Below are positions 17,930 through 25,000 of a stretch of DNA of 64,000 nt, piece by piece; the stretch's first letter is position 1, and every line of letters begins with the position of its first letter. Source of the DNA: Hadesarchaea archaeon (lineage in GTDB: Archaea; Hadarchaeota; Hadarchaeia; Hadarchaeales; Hadarchaeaceae). The translations under genes were made by a program, and so were the position numbers. Under the pieces are notes generated by a model. That model was not told the DNA's origin and did not search any database. It was given only the letters and a program-made list of their open reading frames with translations. Location of the stretch: contig JAUWBN010000005.1 of the NCBI GenBank assembly GCA_030601675.1, positions 848 to 64,847 of the forward strand, in the 5' to 3' direction.

Positions 17930-18516
17930 TGAAGCGCCAGCGTAAGAAATACCTCAGGCCCTCACATCCTTGGGAGAAGGAGCGGATGGACGCCGAAGAC
18001 AAACTCCTCCGCCAATACGGGCTCCGCCGAAAGGAGGAGATATGGCGGACCCAGACCCTGCTTCGAAACTTCAGGCGGCAGGCCCGACACCTGCTCGCCG
18101 CCTCGGGCCCCCAAGCGGAACTCGAGTCCAAACAGCTCCTAGTGCGCCTCCGCCGCCTCGGGCTCGTGGGCGAGGGCGCGACGCTGGACGACGTGCTCGG
18201 CTTGAACATCGAGAACCTGCTCGAGCGCCGCCTCCAGACGCTCATCCATCGGAAGGGCCTGGCCAAGACGCAGCAGCAGGCCCGACAACTCGTGCTCCAC
18301 GGCCACATAGCCATCGCAGGCAAGCAGGTCAGCGTGCCGAGCTACTTGGTGCCCCTTGAGGAGGAGGGCGCGATCGGGTACGTGGCGGGCTCGACTTTCA
18401 AAGTGCAGCCGCAGCCCGAAGCCCCGGCGGCCGAGCCCGGCACCGAGGAGAAGGCTGAAACCCAACCCGGGGAGACCGAGGAAGCGGCCGAGAAGCCGAA
18501 GGAGGAGGCAACATGA
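17929..18516 (+). CDS. rps4: 30S ribosomal protein S4 (uS4) with acidic C-terminal extension
   Basis: '[30 protein letters not shown]' and the S4 domain '[18 protein letters not shown]'. Confidence 0.92.
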   Translation: MKRQRKKYLRPSHPWEKERMDAEDKLLRQYGLRRKEEIWRTQTLLRNFRRQARHLLAASGPQAELESKQLLVRLRRLGLVGEGATLDDVLGLNIENLLERRLQTLIHRKGLAKTQQQARQLVLHGHIAIAGKQVSVPSYLVPLEEEGAIGYVAGSTFKVQPQPEAPAAEPGTEEKAETQPGETEEAAEKPKEEAT

Positions 18517-18902
18517 CGAACGGGAAGTGGGGAGTCGCTCACATTTACTCATCGTTCAACAACACCATCATCCACATCACCGACCTCACCGGGGCCGAAA
18601 CCGTGGCCCGCTGGTCGGGAGGTATGATCGTGAAGGCCGACCGGGAGGAGTCCTCACCCTACGCTGCGATGCAGGCTGCGATGCGGGCGGCCGAGGAAGC
18701 GATGGAGAAGGGATTCACGGGTATTCACATCAAGGTTCGGGCGCCGGGTGGGGGCGGTTCGAGAAGCCCTGGCCCTGGGGCGCAGGCGGCAATTCGGGCG
18801 CTCGCGCGGGCTGGGATGCGAATCGGGCGAATCGAGGACACCACGCCGACGCCACACGATGGATGTCGAAGACGTGGGGGGAGAAGGGGCCGCCGAGTAT
18901 GA
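18513..18902 (+). CDS. rps11: 30S ribosomal protein S11 (uS11)
   Basis: '[18 protein letters not shown]', '[10 protein letters not shown]'. Confidence 0.93.
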   Translation: MTNGKWGVAHIYSSFNNTIIHITDLTGAETVARWSGGMIVKADREESSPYAAMQAAMRAAEEAMEKGFTGIHIKVRAPGGGGSRSPGPGAQAAIRALARAGMRIGRIEDTTPTPHDGCRRRGGRRGRRV

Positions 18903-18911
18903 GGTGAAAAA

Positions 18912-19700
18912 ATGGAACTCAAAATTCGAAAACTTGAGGGCGACGAGATGGGGTTCACGCTCTCCGACTCCAACCCCGCCTTCGCCAACGCCCTCCGCAG
19001 GGCAGCGATGCGCGAGGTCCCCGTGATGGCGATCGACGAGGTCGAGTTCGAAGTGAACGACTCGGCGATGTACGACGAGATCCTGGCCCACCGGCTCGCG
19101 TTGATCCCCCTCAGCACCCCAGCAAAGGGTTATGTCCTCCCCGGCGAGTGCGGCTGCCGAGAGGGCCGTTGCCCGAAATGCAGCGTGAGCCTCACCCTGA
19201 AGCGCGAGGGGCCCGCGACGGCGCTCAGCGGTGACCTGAAGTCGACCGATGAGGAGGTCGTGCCGGTGAGCGGCTCGATCCCCATCATCAAGCTCGAAAG
19301 GGGGCAACGCCTCGAGCTGACCGCCATCGCGCGCCTGGGATTTGGCAAGGAGCACGCGAAGTGGCAACCCGGGGTGGTCGCGTACAAATACATGCCGGTG
19401 TTCGAGCTCAATGAAAAAGCGTGCGATGGGTGCGGTGCCTGCGTCAAGGCCTGCCCGGTGAATATCATCAAGCTCTCCAAGGGGAAGCCGAAGATCAGTG
19501 ATATAACGCTGTGCACGATGTGCAAGGGCTGCGCCGAGGCCTGCCCGCCCAAGGCGATCCGGATAGGGAGCGACCCCACGAAATTCATCTTCCGCATCGA
19601 TTCGGCGGGCGGCATGCCAGCCGAACAGATCCTCCTCAAGGCGATGGGGGTCCTCAAGGGTAAGCTCGATGAATTCTCGAAGCAAGTGAAGAAACTCTGA
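18912..19700 (+). CDS. rpoD: DNA-directed RNA polymerase subunit D (Rpo3) with ferredoxin-like 4Fe-4S domain
   Basis: 'NALRRAAMREVPVMAIDEV', 'CDGCGACVKACP', 'CTMCKGCAEACP'. Follows S11. Confidence 0.92.
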   Translation: MELKIRKLEGDEMGFTLSDSNPAFANALRRAAMREVPVMAIDEVEFEVNDSAMYDEILAHRLALIPLSTPAKGYVLPGECGCREGRCPKCSVSLTLKREGPATALSGDLKSTDEEVVPVSGSIPIIKLERGQRLELTAIARLGFGKEHAKWQPGVVAYKYMPVFELNEKACDGCGACVKACPVNIIKLSKGKPKISDITLCTMCKGCAEACPPKAIRIGSDPTKFIFRIDSAGGMPAEQILLKAMGVLKGKLDEFSKQVKKL

Positions 19701-19703
19701 GAA

Positions 19704-19711
19704 GTTTAAAA
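19704..19711 (+). promoter_or_regulatory. Candidate TATA box for tRNA-Leu
   Basis: 'GTTTAAAA' lies about 31 nt upstream of the tRNA 5' end. Confidence 0.3.
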
Positions 19712-19738
19712 CCTTCGCGGGCTATAATTTTGCTTGGC

Positions 19739-19826
19739 GCGGGGGTGGCCGAGTCAGGTCAAAGGTGCCAGCTTGAGGGGCTGGTCCCGTAGGGGTTCGC
19801 GGGTTCAAATCCCGTCCCCCGCACCA
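19739..19826 (+). tRNA. tRNA-Leu (anticodon GAG), class II, CCA encoded
   Basis: Acceptor GCGGGGG/CCCCCGC. Anticodon stem CCAGC/GCTGG with loop TTGAGGG. T-loop TTCAAAT. Confidence 0.9.
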
Positions 19827-19831
19827 CAGGA
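19815..19831 (+). repeat. Left copy of 17-bp direct repeat TCCCCCGCACCACAGGA (3' end of tRNA-Leu; att-like)
   Basis: An identical 17-mer recurs at 21044-21060. Confidence 0.9.
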
Positions 19832-21043
19832 GTAGTTCGATGAACAATCGCACCAAAATGAATCCGAACTCGGTAAACTTAAATTCAATATTAAAAAAAC
19901 AATGTTTGATGAAGAAAGTAGGAATAGGTCTTGCAGGTCTAGGCTTCATGGCTAGGGTTCATTCCAGAGCGTTAAATGGGATACCGGAAGCCAAAATAGT
20001 CGCCGCATGGTCGAAATTTCCCGACGAGCACAATAAGTTCAATGAGTTCAGCAAGAAATTAGGATTCGAAATCGAAACCTATTACACGGACATTAAAAAA
20101 ATGCTTGAAAATCCAAGGGTCGATACGGTCATCTGTGCCATCCCGTCGAGATTCGTTGAGCCCATAGCTAAAGAAATCATCCAAGCCGGGAAACCCGCCC
20201 TCATCGAGTGTCCTCCATGTGATACTCCGGAAAAAATAGACCGCATCGATAAGTTGGCAAAAGAGCGAGGTGTCAAATTGATGCCAGGGCACTGTTATCG
20301 ATTCGCTCCCTGCTTTAAAAAATCAAAAGAGCTCGTTGATAAAGGCGAAATCGGTGGGCCCATATTCGTTCACTTTAGAGAGTTCGTGCCCGCAGAGAGT
20401 CTCGCAAGACAATGGGCGCCCGGATCGTGGATCTGGGATAAGGATAGGGGTGGGCCAATACCAACCATGACGGTGTTTTGCATGGATATGGCACGCTGGC
20501 TTTTGAACTCGGAACCTGTGTCGTTGTACGCAACGATTAAATGGCAAGACCTACCACAATTGGGTATCCTAGGTTACACTGTGGTGAACATGATCAAATT
20601 CGAGAACGAGGTTACATGGGTCAATGAATTCAGCGGCAGCGTTGTACCGTCCATGGGTTCTCCCATGACGATGGAAATCGTTGGTGAAAAGGGGAATGCT
20701 GTAGTGGCAGACGGCCCTGAGAAGGTAATCCTTTACACAGAGAAAAAAGAAGAACAGCAGGTGTGGTCTTTTGACATAACTCGACCCGAGAGATGGGGCC
20801 ACAAACCACAGGACGAATATTTCATCAAATCGGTGATACTCGGGCGCGAGGAACCAATCGTGAAATTACAGGATGCAAAAAAAGCGCTAAAAATGTCGTT
20901 AGCTATTTTGGAATCATCGAAAACTGGCAAGGCGGTCTACTTCGATCAGGTCTAAGTGAAACAATTCTTGCTTAACCCCGCCCGATCCTTGCCCGAAAAT
21001 TATATAAAAAGTTGCGGATTTTTTAAACGGTAGCTTAACTCAC
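19832..21043 (+). mobile_element. Putative remnant of a tRNA-Leu-integrated element (no integrase present)
   Basis: Bounded by a perfect 17-bp direct repeat that includes the tRNA 3' end. The interior is AT-rich (19/60 G+C at line 20041) and has a single cargo gene. Confidence 0.5.
19909..20955 (+). CDS. Gfo/Idh/MocA family NAD(P)-dependent oxidoreductase
   Basis: 'MKKVGIGLAGLGFMARVHSRAL' Rossmann start and 'EKPP-like IECPPC' region, ~349 aa. The ORF-track start at 19840 adds a non-conserved leader. Confidence 0.8.
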   Translation: MKKVGIGLAGLGFMARVHSRALNGIPEAKIVAAWSKFPDEHNKFNEFSKKLGFEIETYYTDIKKMLENPRVDTVICAIPSRFVEPIAKEIIQAGKPALIECPPCDTPEKIDRIDKLAKERGVKLMPGHCYRFAPCFKKSKELVDKGEIGGPIFVHFREFVPAESLARQWAPGSWIWDKDRGGPIPTMTVFCMDMARWLLNSEPVSLYATIKWQDLPQLGILGYTVVNMIKFENEVTWVNEFSGSVVPSMGSPMTMEIVGEKGNAVVADGPEKVILYTEKKEEQQVWSFDITRPERWGHKPQDEYFIKSVILGREEPIVKLQDAKKALKMSLAILESSKTGKAVYFDQV

Positions 21044-21060
21044 TCCCCCGCACCACAGGA
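21044..21060 (+). repeat. Right copy of 17-bp direct repeat TCCCCCGCACCACAGGA
   Basis: Identical to 19815-19831. Confidence 0.9.
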
Positions 21061-21068
21061 TTTACATA

Positions 21069-21293
21069 ATGGTTGTCCCCAATTATTGGCGGGGGGATGA
21101 CATGACCGAGATAACCTTTAAGGTGAAGAAACCCCACGGCTGGGACTGGCTCAAGGACGATTATTTCAAGAGCTTCGAGAAGGACGAGGAACTCCGCGAC
21201 CGAATTTCGGAGCTCGTGTTTCAGTTCATACGCGAGCGCATCAAAGCGTCGGGGAAAGGGGAAGGGGAAGAGCCGGGGGAAGAGCCCACTTAG
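21069..21293 (+). CDS. Hypothetical small acidic protein (start possibly 21102)
   Basis: 74-aa ORF with plausible coding composition. No family recognised. Confidence 0.4.
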   Translation: MVVPNYWRGDDMTEITFKVKKPHGWDWLKDDYFKSFEKDEELRDRISELVFQFIRERIKASGKGEGEEPGEEPT

Positions 21294-21319
21294 CCGCTGG
21301 GCCTCGCGATAACGCAAAT

Positions 21320-21327
21320 CTAAATAC
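21320..21327 (+). promoter_or_regulatory. Candidate TATA box for tRNA-His
   Basis: 'CTAAATAC' is centred about 27 nt upstream of G-1. Confidence 0.3.
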
Positions 21328-21350
21328 AAGCCTCACCAATTTTTACACGT

Positions 21351-21446
21351 GGCCAGGGTAGTGTAGTGGTTAGCATTCGGGACTGTGGATCCCGCAGCCC
21401 GGGTTCGAAATTGGGGAAATCCTCAACGAAATTCCCGGCCCTGGCC
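21351..21446 (+). tRNA. tRNA-His (anticodon GTG) with encoded G-1 and a ~23-nt intervening sequence in the T-loop (about 21410-21432)
   Basis: G-1 plus acceptor GCCAGGG pairs with CCCTGGC+C at 21439-21446. Anticodon stem CGGGA/TCCCG with loop CTGTGGA. T-stem CCGGG (21399-21403) pairs with CCCGG (21434-21438) only if the intervening 'ATTGGGGAAATCCTCAACGAAAT' is removed. Confidence 0.7.
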
Positions 21447-21492
21447 CCTTTTGCAAACGACTTAAGAGCTGGGGGACAAGATTTCGTTTGGC

Positions 21493-22170
21493 ATGCCGAT
21501 GACTCGTCCCTACGTGATCCTCAACGCCGCGATGACGCTCGACGGCAAGATCGCGACCGCCGCTGGGGACAGCCGGATCTCGTGCGAGACCGACCTCGAC
21601 CGCGTCCACGGGCTCCGTGCGAGCGTCGATGCTGTGGTGGTGGGAGTTGGTACAGTTCTAGCTGATGACCCATCGCTGACCGTGCGACGGGCGCGGGGCG
21701 AGAGCCCAACAAGGATCGTTATCGACAGCTACGCCAAAACTCCCCCGGACGCCAGAGTTCTCGACAACTCGGCCCCCACGATTATCGCCTCAACTAAAAG
21801 CGCCCCGAAACGAAGGCTGCAGGAGCTGCGCGCGGCAGGTGCAAAAATCGTCATCGCTGGCGAAAAGGAGGTGAACCTGCGCGGGCTGCTCGAAAAACTT
21901 CGCTCGCTGGGGGTGCGCAAGCTCCTCCTCGAGGGAGGCTCGACCCTCAACTGGAGCATGCTCAAGGAAGGTTTGGTCGATGAGGTACGGGTGACAGTAG
22001 CCCCGCGAATAGTGGGCGGGGCCACGGCGAAAACGTTAGTTGGCGGCGCTGGCTTTGGCGAGGTTCGGAAGGGAGTTGGGCTCGAACTCGTGAGGGTCGT
22101 GAAAGTCGGTGGGGACCTCCTCCTCACCTACCGGGTTAAGGGTGGAAAGGGTGCTAAAAAAACTGGGTGA
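21493..22170 (+). CDS. arfC: 2,5-diamino-6-ribosylamino-4(3H)-pyrimidinone 5'-phosphate reductase (RibD C-terminal-type, archaeal riboflavin pathway)
   Basis: 'YVILNAAMTLDGKIAT', 'VDAVVVGVGTVLADDPSLTVR', 'LLLEGGSTLNWSML'. Confidence 0.88.
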   Translation: MPMTRPYVILNAAMTLDGKIATAAGDSRISCETDLDRVHGLRASVDAVVVGVGTVLADDPSLTVRRARGESPTRIVIDSYAKTPPDARVLDNSAPTIIASTKSAPKRRLQELRAAGAKIVIAGEKEVNLRGLLEKLRSLGVRKLLLEGGSTLNWSMLKEGLVDEVRVTVAPRIVGGATAKTLVGGAGFGEVRKGVGLELVRVVKVGGDLLLTYRVKGGKGAKKTG

Positions 22171-22858
22171 CCGCCTCTTTCTCATAGGCGTCGCACATGT
22201 GCTGCCGAGAAGCGCGGCGGAAGTTGGGGAGATAATCACTCAGGAGAGGCCCGAGGTTGTGGCCATCGAACTCTGCCCGACCCGCTACTTGGCGCTGACC
22301 CGGGGTGGCAAGCGACCAGGAGCTCTCGATGCCATGCGTGCCGGGCCAAAGCTATCCCTGCTCAACGCCCTGCTTTATCTGGTACAGAACAAGTTCTCGC
22401 GTCAGACGGGCATGCCAGCGGGGGAGGAGATGCTGGTCGCGATCAGGCACGCTCAAGAGGTCGGAGCGCGGGTGGAACTGATCGACCGAGATATCAGCAT
22501 AACCCTGCAACGGCTCACCGATTGCATGCCCTGGCGGGAGCGGCTCAGGTTGTTCGCGGAGCTCCTGCTGGGCCTCCTACCATTTGGAAAGCGCATAGAA
22601 CTCGAGCGGCTCACCGACGACCAAATCGTCGCTTACTTACTGCACGAGCTGAAGCGGGCCTCACCAACCACCTATCGGGTGTTGATCGGGGAGCGCGATG
22701 CTTACATGGCCTCGAGAGTGGCGATGCTCCTGTCCGCGAGCACCGGCAAGGTAGCGTGCGTGGTGGGCGCTGGGCACGTGCCGGGCATTTACGAAAGACT
22801 AAGCAGAGGGATTTCGGGGAGTTGGAGGATGAGCGTGGAATACGGAATCGGTGGTTAG
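22151..22858 (+). CDS. TraB/GumN family protein
   Basis: 'LFLIGVAHVLPRSAAEV...VVAIELC', 'AGEEMLVAI', 'ERDAYMA', 'VVGAGHVPGI'. GTG at 22151 is preferred over 22109, which overlaps arfC by 62 nt. Confidence 0.8.
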   Translation: MLKKLGDRLFLIGVAHVLPRSAAEVGEIITQERPEVVAIELCPTRYLALTRGGKRPGALDAMRAGPKLSLLNALLYLVQNKFSRQTGMPAGEEMLVAIRHAQEVGARVELIDRDISITLQRLTDCMPWRERLRLFAELLLGLLPFGKRIELERLTDDQIVAYLLHELKRASPTTYRVLIGERDAYMASRVAMLLSASTGKVACVVGAGHVPGIYERLSRGISGSWRMSVEYGIGG

Positions 22859-22904
22859 CAAACTTTTTAAAGAAGTCGTGAAAACTTCACGTGGAGCTGA
22901 GTGA

Positions 22905-23099
22905 GTGGAAGCACAGATGCTCGAAAAGCTGAAGCAAATGCTGAACGTCCCGATAGACAAAGTTGAGGAGCAGGGAGAGGAGCTTGTCGTCTACGTGCCG
23001 AAGGAGCACGTCGCCAGGGCAATAGGCGCCGGCGGTTCTGTCATTCGATCGGCTGAGCTCATCCTCAAGCGAAAACTCACCATTAAGGAATCAACGTGA
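22905..23099 (+). CDS. Small KH-domain RNA-binding protein
   Basis: GxxG-type motif 'IGAGGSVIRSAE' in a 64-aa ORF. Confidence 0.6.
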   Translation: MEAQMLEKLKQMLNVPIDKVEEQGEELVVYVPKEHVARAIGAGGSVIRSAELILKRKLTIKEST

Positions 23100-23155
23100 C
23101 GTTATTTTAGGTAAATTTTTAAACGTTGCCAAAGAAGGGGTGGTGAGGTGAACGA

Positions 23156-23389
23156 TTGGTGCAAGCGTATATTTTAATAACCGCTGCGATAGGCAAAGTC
23201 AGACGGGTCGCGAAAGAACTCGATGGACTTCGAGGGATGAAATCGGTGCACGTGGTCACCGGCCCCTACGATATCGTTGTGTTCGTCGAGGCGAAGGATT
23301 TGGCGACGTTGACTAACACGGTCGTCGAGGGAATCCACAAGATTAAGGGCGTCGTCGATACGAACACGGCAATCGTTGTTGAGATTTAG
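23156..23389 (+). CDS. Stand-alone Lrp/AsnC ligand-binding (RAM) domain protein
   Basis: 77 aa. 'AYILITAAIGKVRRVAKEL...VVTGPYDIVVFVEAKD' is typical of RAM domains. No HTH. Confidence 0.75.
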   Translation: MVQAYILITAAIGKVRRVAKELDGLRGMKSVHVVTGPYDIVVFVEAKDLATLTNTVVEGIHKIKGVVDTNTAIVVEI

Positions 23390-23392
23390 GGA

Positions 23393-23468
23393 TGGTAGCC
23401 CCGGCCGGATTCGAACCGGCGTCAACAGGTCCAGAGCCTGTTATGCTTGGCCTCTACACCACGGGGCT
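23393..23468 (-). tRNA. tRNA-Gln (anticodon CTG), CCA encoded
   Basis: Reverse complement AGCCCCGTGGTGTAGAGGCCAAGCATAACAGGCTCTGGACCTGTTGACGCCGGTTCGAATCCGGCCGGGGCTACCA, with anticodon loop CTCTGGA. Confidence 0.9.
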
Positions 23469-23493
23469 CCAAGCTAACTTTTACCCAAGAAAG

Positions 23494-23898
23494 TTAAAAA
23501 GCTGCCACCCGGCCGACCGTCCGTGTGCGCAAAATGGACTGAACGACGAAGAACGCGAAGAGGAGTAAGACATAAACGAGGATGAGGCCGGAGAGTGCCT
23601 GAACATCTGCAACTCCACCTATCGCGCTCGGCACCCACCTCAGGAAGAGGTTGAAAAGGCTGAAAAGCGGGAACATCAAAATGTGCAGGGAAAGCGCGAG
23701 ATTTGGATTCGCGCTGAAAACCAAGTAAAGAGCAAGGGCACCGAAGCCGAGCAGTGCGTAACTCGCGAGGAATAAAACGTTGACCTCCGACTGAATCTCC
23801 CTTAGGGCCAAGCTGAAGGTGATGTATAGCACGGCCAATGCTATGCCGAACGCCGCGTCGGCCATGAGCTGGAGCTTTGGAAGGGTGCGCTGTGGCAT
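23494..23898 (-). CDS. Hypothetical integral membrane protein (about 4 TM helices)
   Basis: 134-aa strongly hydrophobic ORF. No family recognised. Confidence 0.55.
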   Translation of the reverse strand: MPQRTLPKLQLMADAAFGIALAVLYITFSLALREIQSEVNVLFLASYALLGFGALALYLVFSANPNLALSLHILMFPLFSLFNLFLRWVPSAIGGVADVQALSGLILVYVLLLFAFFVVQSILRTRTVGRVAAF

Positions 23899-23947
23899 TT
23901 GACCATATTTTAAGGTGGGCGGAATCTGTATTAATTAACGTGGTTCC

Positions 23948-24643
23948 ATGGCGCGCCGGAGGGTTAGGAGGGCTAGGAGAAGGGAAAAATCTTACTTAGC
24001 CAGCTTTCTCGCGATCTCGTTCCTCCTGGGATCGGTGCTAGGGGGCGCACTCGTCATCGGTTTAGTCAGGGGACCGGAACCTTTGGAGCTTCCCGAGAAC
24101 GTAATCGTCACGCGTTCAATTAATATCGTTGGAGTTCTTGAGGACACAAATGTTGGCAAGTTGGCCGCATTGACCGTCGAGCTCAGGCAAGGAAAAGGGG
24201 ATGTTTTTATAAACGCCGCATCGCCTTATGAAGGTTACGTTATGCAAGAATGGACCACGAAGGCCAGAGACGCGGTCGAATTTTATATGGGAGGCGCCCC
24301 AGCTCTATCAAGCGTTGATATCGCATTTGCCGTTGAGCCGTTTGAAAAACAAGATGAAAAGGTAGATGGTCCATCGGCCAGCGCCGCCATGGCAGTTGTA
24401 TTGGTCGCTGCAATCGAAAATTGGGAAGTGCGCCAAGACACGGTCGTCAGTGCTAAAATCGATGAGTCTGGAGATCTGGAACCGATTGGCAAAGCTGAGG
24501 AAAAGCTGCTCGCGGTTGGGAGAGATGGTCGCTTCACGCGTTTCATAGTGTCGGACAAGCAGGAGTCCCTTTCCTACCCAAACATCGATGTAATACCAGC
24601 AGGCAATCTCCAGGATTTGTGTGGCCTGATGAAAGAAGTATGA
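23948..24643 (+). CDS. Membrane-anchored Lon-protease-domain (S16 family) peptidase
   Basis: N-terminal TM 'FLAISFLLGSVLGGALVIGLV'. Lon catalytic-type motifs 'DGPSASAAMAV' (Ser) and 'PIGKAEEKLLA' (Lys). Confidence 0.7.
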   Translation: MARRRVRRARRREKSYLASFLAISFLLGSVLGGALVIGLVRGPEPLELPENVIVTRSINIVGVLEDTNVGKLAALTVELRQGKGDVFINAASPYEGYVMQEWTTKARDAVEFYMGGAPALSSVDIAFAVEPFEKQDEKVDGPSASAAMAVVLVAAIENWEVRQDTVVSAKIDESGDLEPIGKAEEKLLAVGRDGRFTRFIVSDKQESLSYPNIDVIPAGNLQDLCGLMKEV

Positions 24644-24701
24644 TAACTTATAGTGAAACCTTAGTAGTTGCTCGACGTTCAAATCCAGCAGGAAATTAAA
24701 A

Positions 24702-24774
24702 TAGCCCCGCCCGGATTCGAACCGGGGTCTCGGGCTCCAAAGGCCCGAAGGATTGACCACTACCCCACGGGGCT
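24702..24774 (-). tRNA. tRNA-Gln (anticodon TTG), CCA not encoded
   Basis: Reverse complement AGCCCCGTGGGGTAGTGGTCAATCCTTCGGGCCTTTGGAGCCCGAGACCCCGGTTCGAATCCGGGCGGGGCTA, with anticodon loop CTTTGGA. Confidence 0.9.
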
Positions 24775-24862
24775 ACCGCTAGATTTTGTTGTTTTACCAA
24801 TTAAATAGCGTGGCATTTCCGGTGGAAGGGTTGCTCGGAAGTATTTATAAAGGTGAAAACAG

Positions 24863-24958
24863 CGGGCCCGGAGGGATTCGAACCCCCGACCGATCGGTTA
24901 AGAGCCGATTGCTTTTGGCTGTCCTTCAGGGACACCTACCAGACTGAGCCACGGGCCC
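24863..24958 (-). tRNA. tRNA-Lys (anticodon CTT) with a ~22-nt intervening sequence in the D-arm (about 24914-24935)
   Basis: Reverse complement GGGCCCGTGGCTCAGTCTGGTAG[GTGTCCCTGAAGGACAGCCAAA]AGCAATCGGCTCTTAACCGATCGGTCGGGGGTTCGAATCCCTCCGGGCCCG. The D-stem GCTC/GAGC forms only after removing the bracketed part. Confidence 0.7.
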
Positions 24959-25000
24959 GAACGAATATATCGCCCACCCAAATTAAGTGTTTACGATACT

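Noticed and set aside
17742-18323. 193-aa minus-strand ORF opposite the S13 tail and S4
   Set aside because: It lies antisense to the polypurine tract and the S4 gene. The translation is Ser/Pro/Arg low-complexity.
18654-19685. 343-aa minus-strand ORF covering S11 and RpoD
   Set aside because: It lies antisense to two unmistakable conserved genes. Its Arg/Gly/Pro/Leu-rich low-complexity translation is typical of stop-free antisense frames in G+C-rich DNA, and no recognisable motif is present.
21366-21665. 99-aa plus-strand ORF spanning tRNA-His and the arfC start
   Set aside because: It overlaps a tRNA gene and is out of frame with the well-supported reductase. The translation is Arg/Asp-rich and low in complexity.
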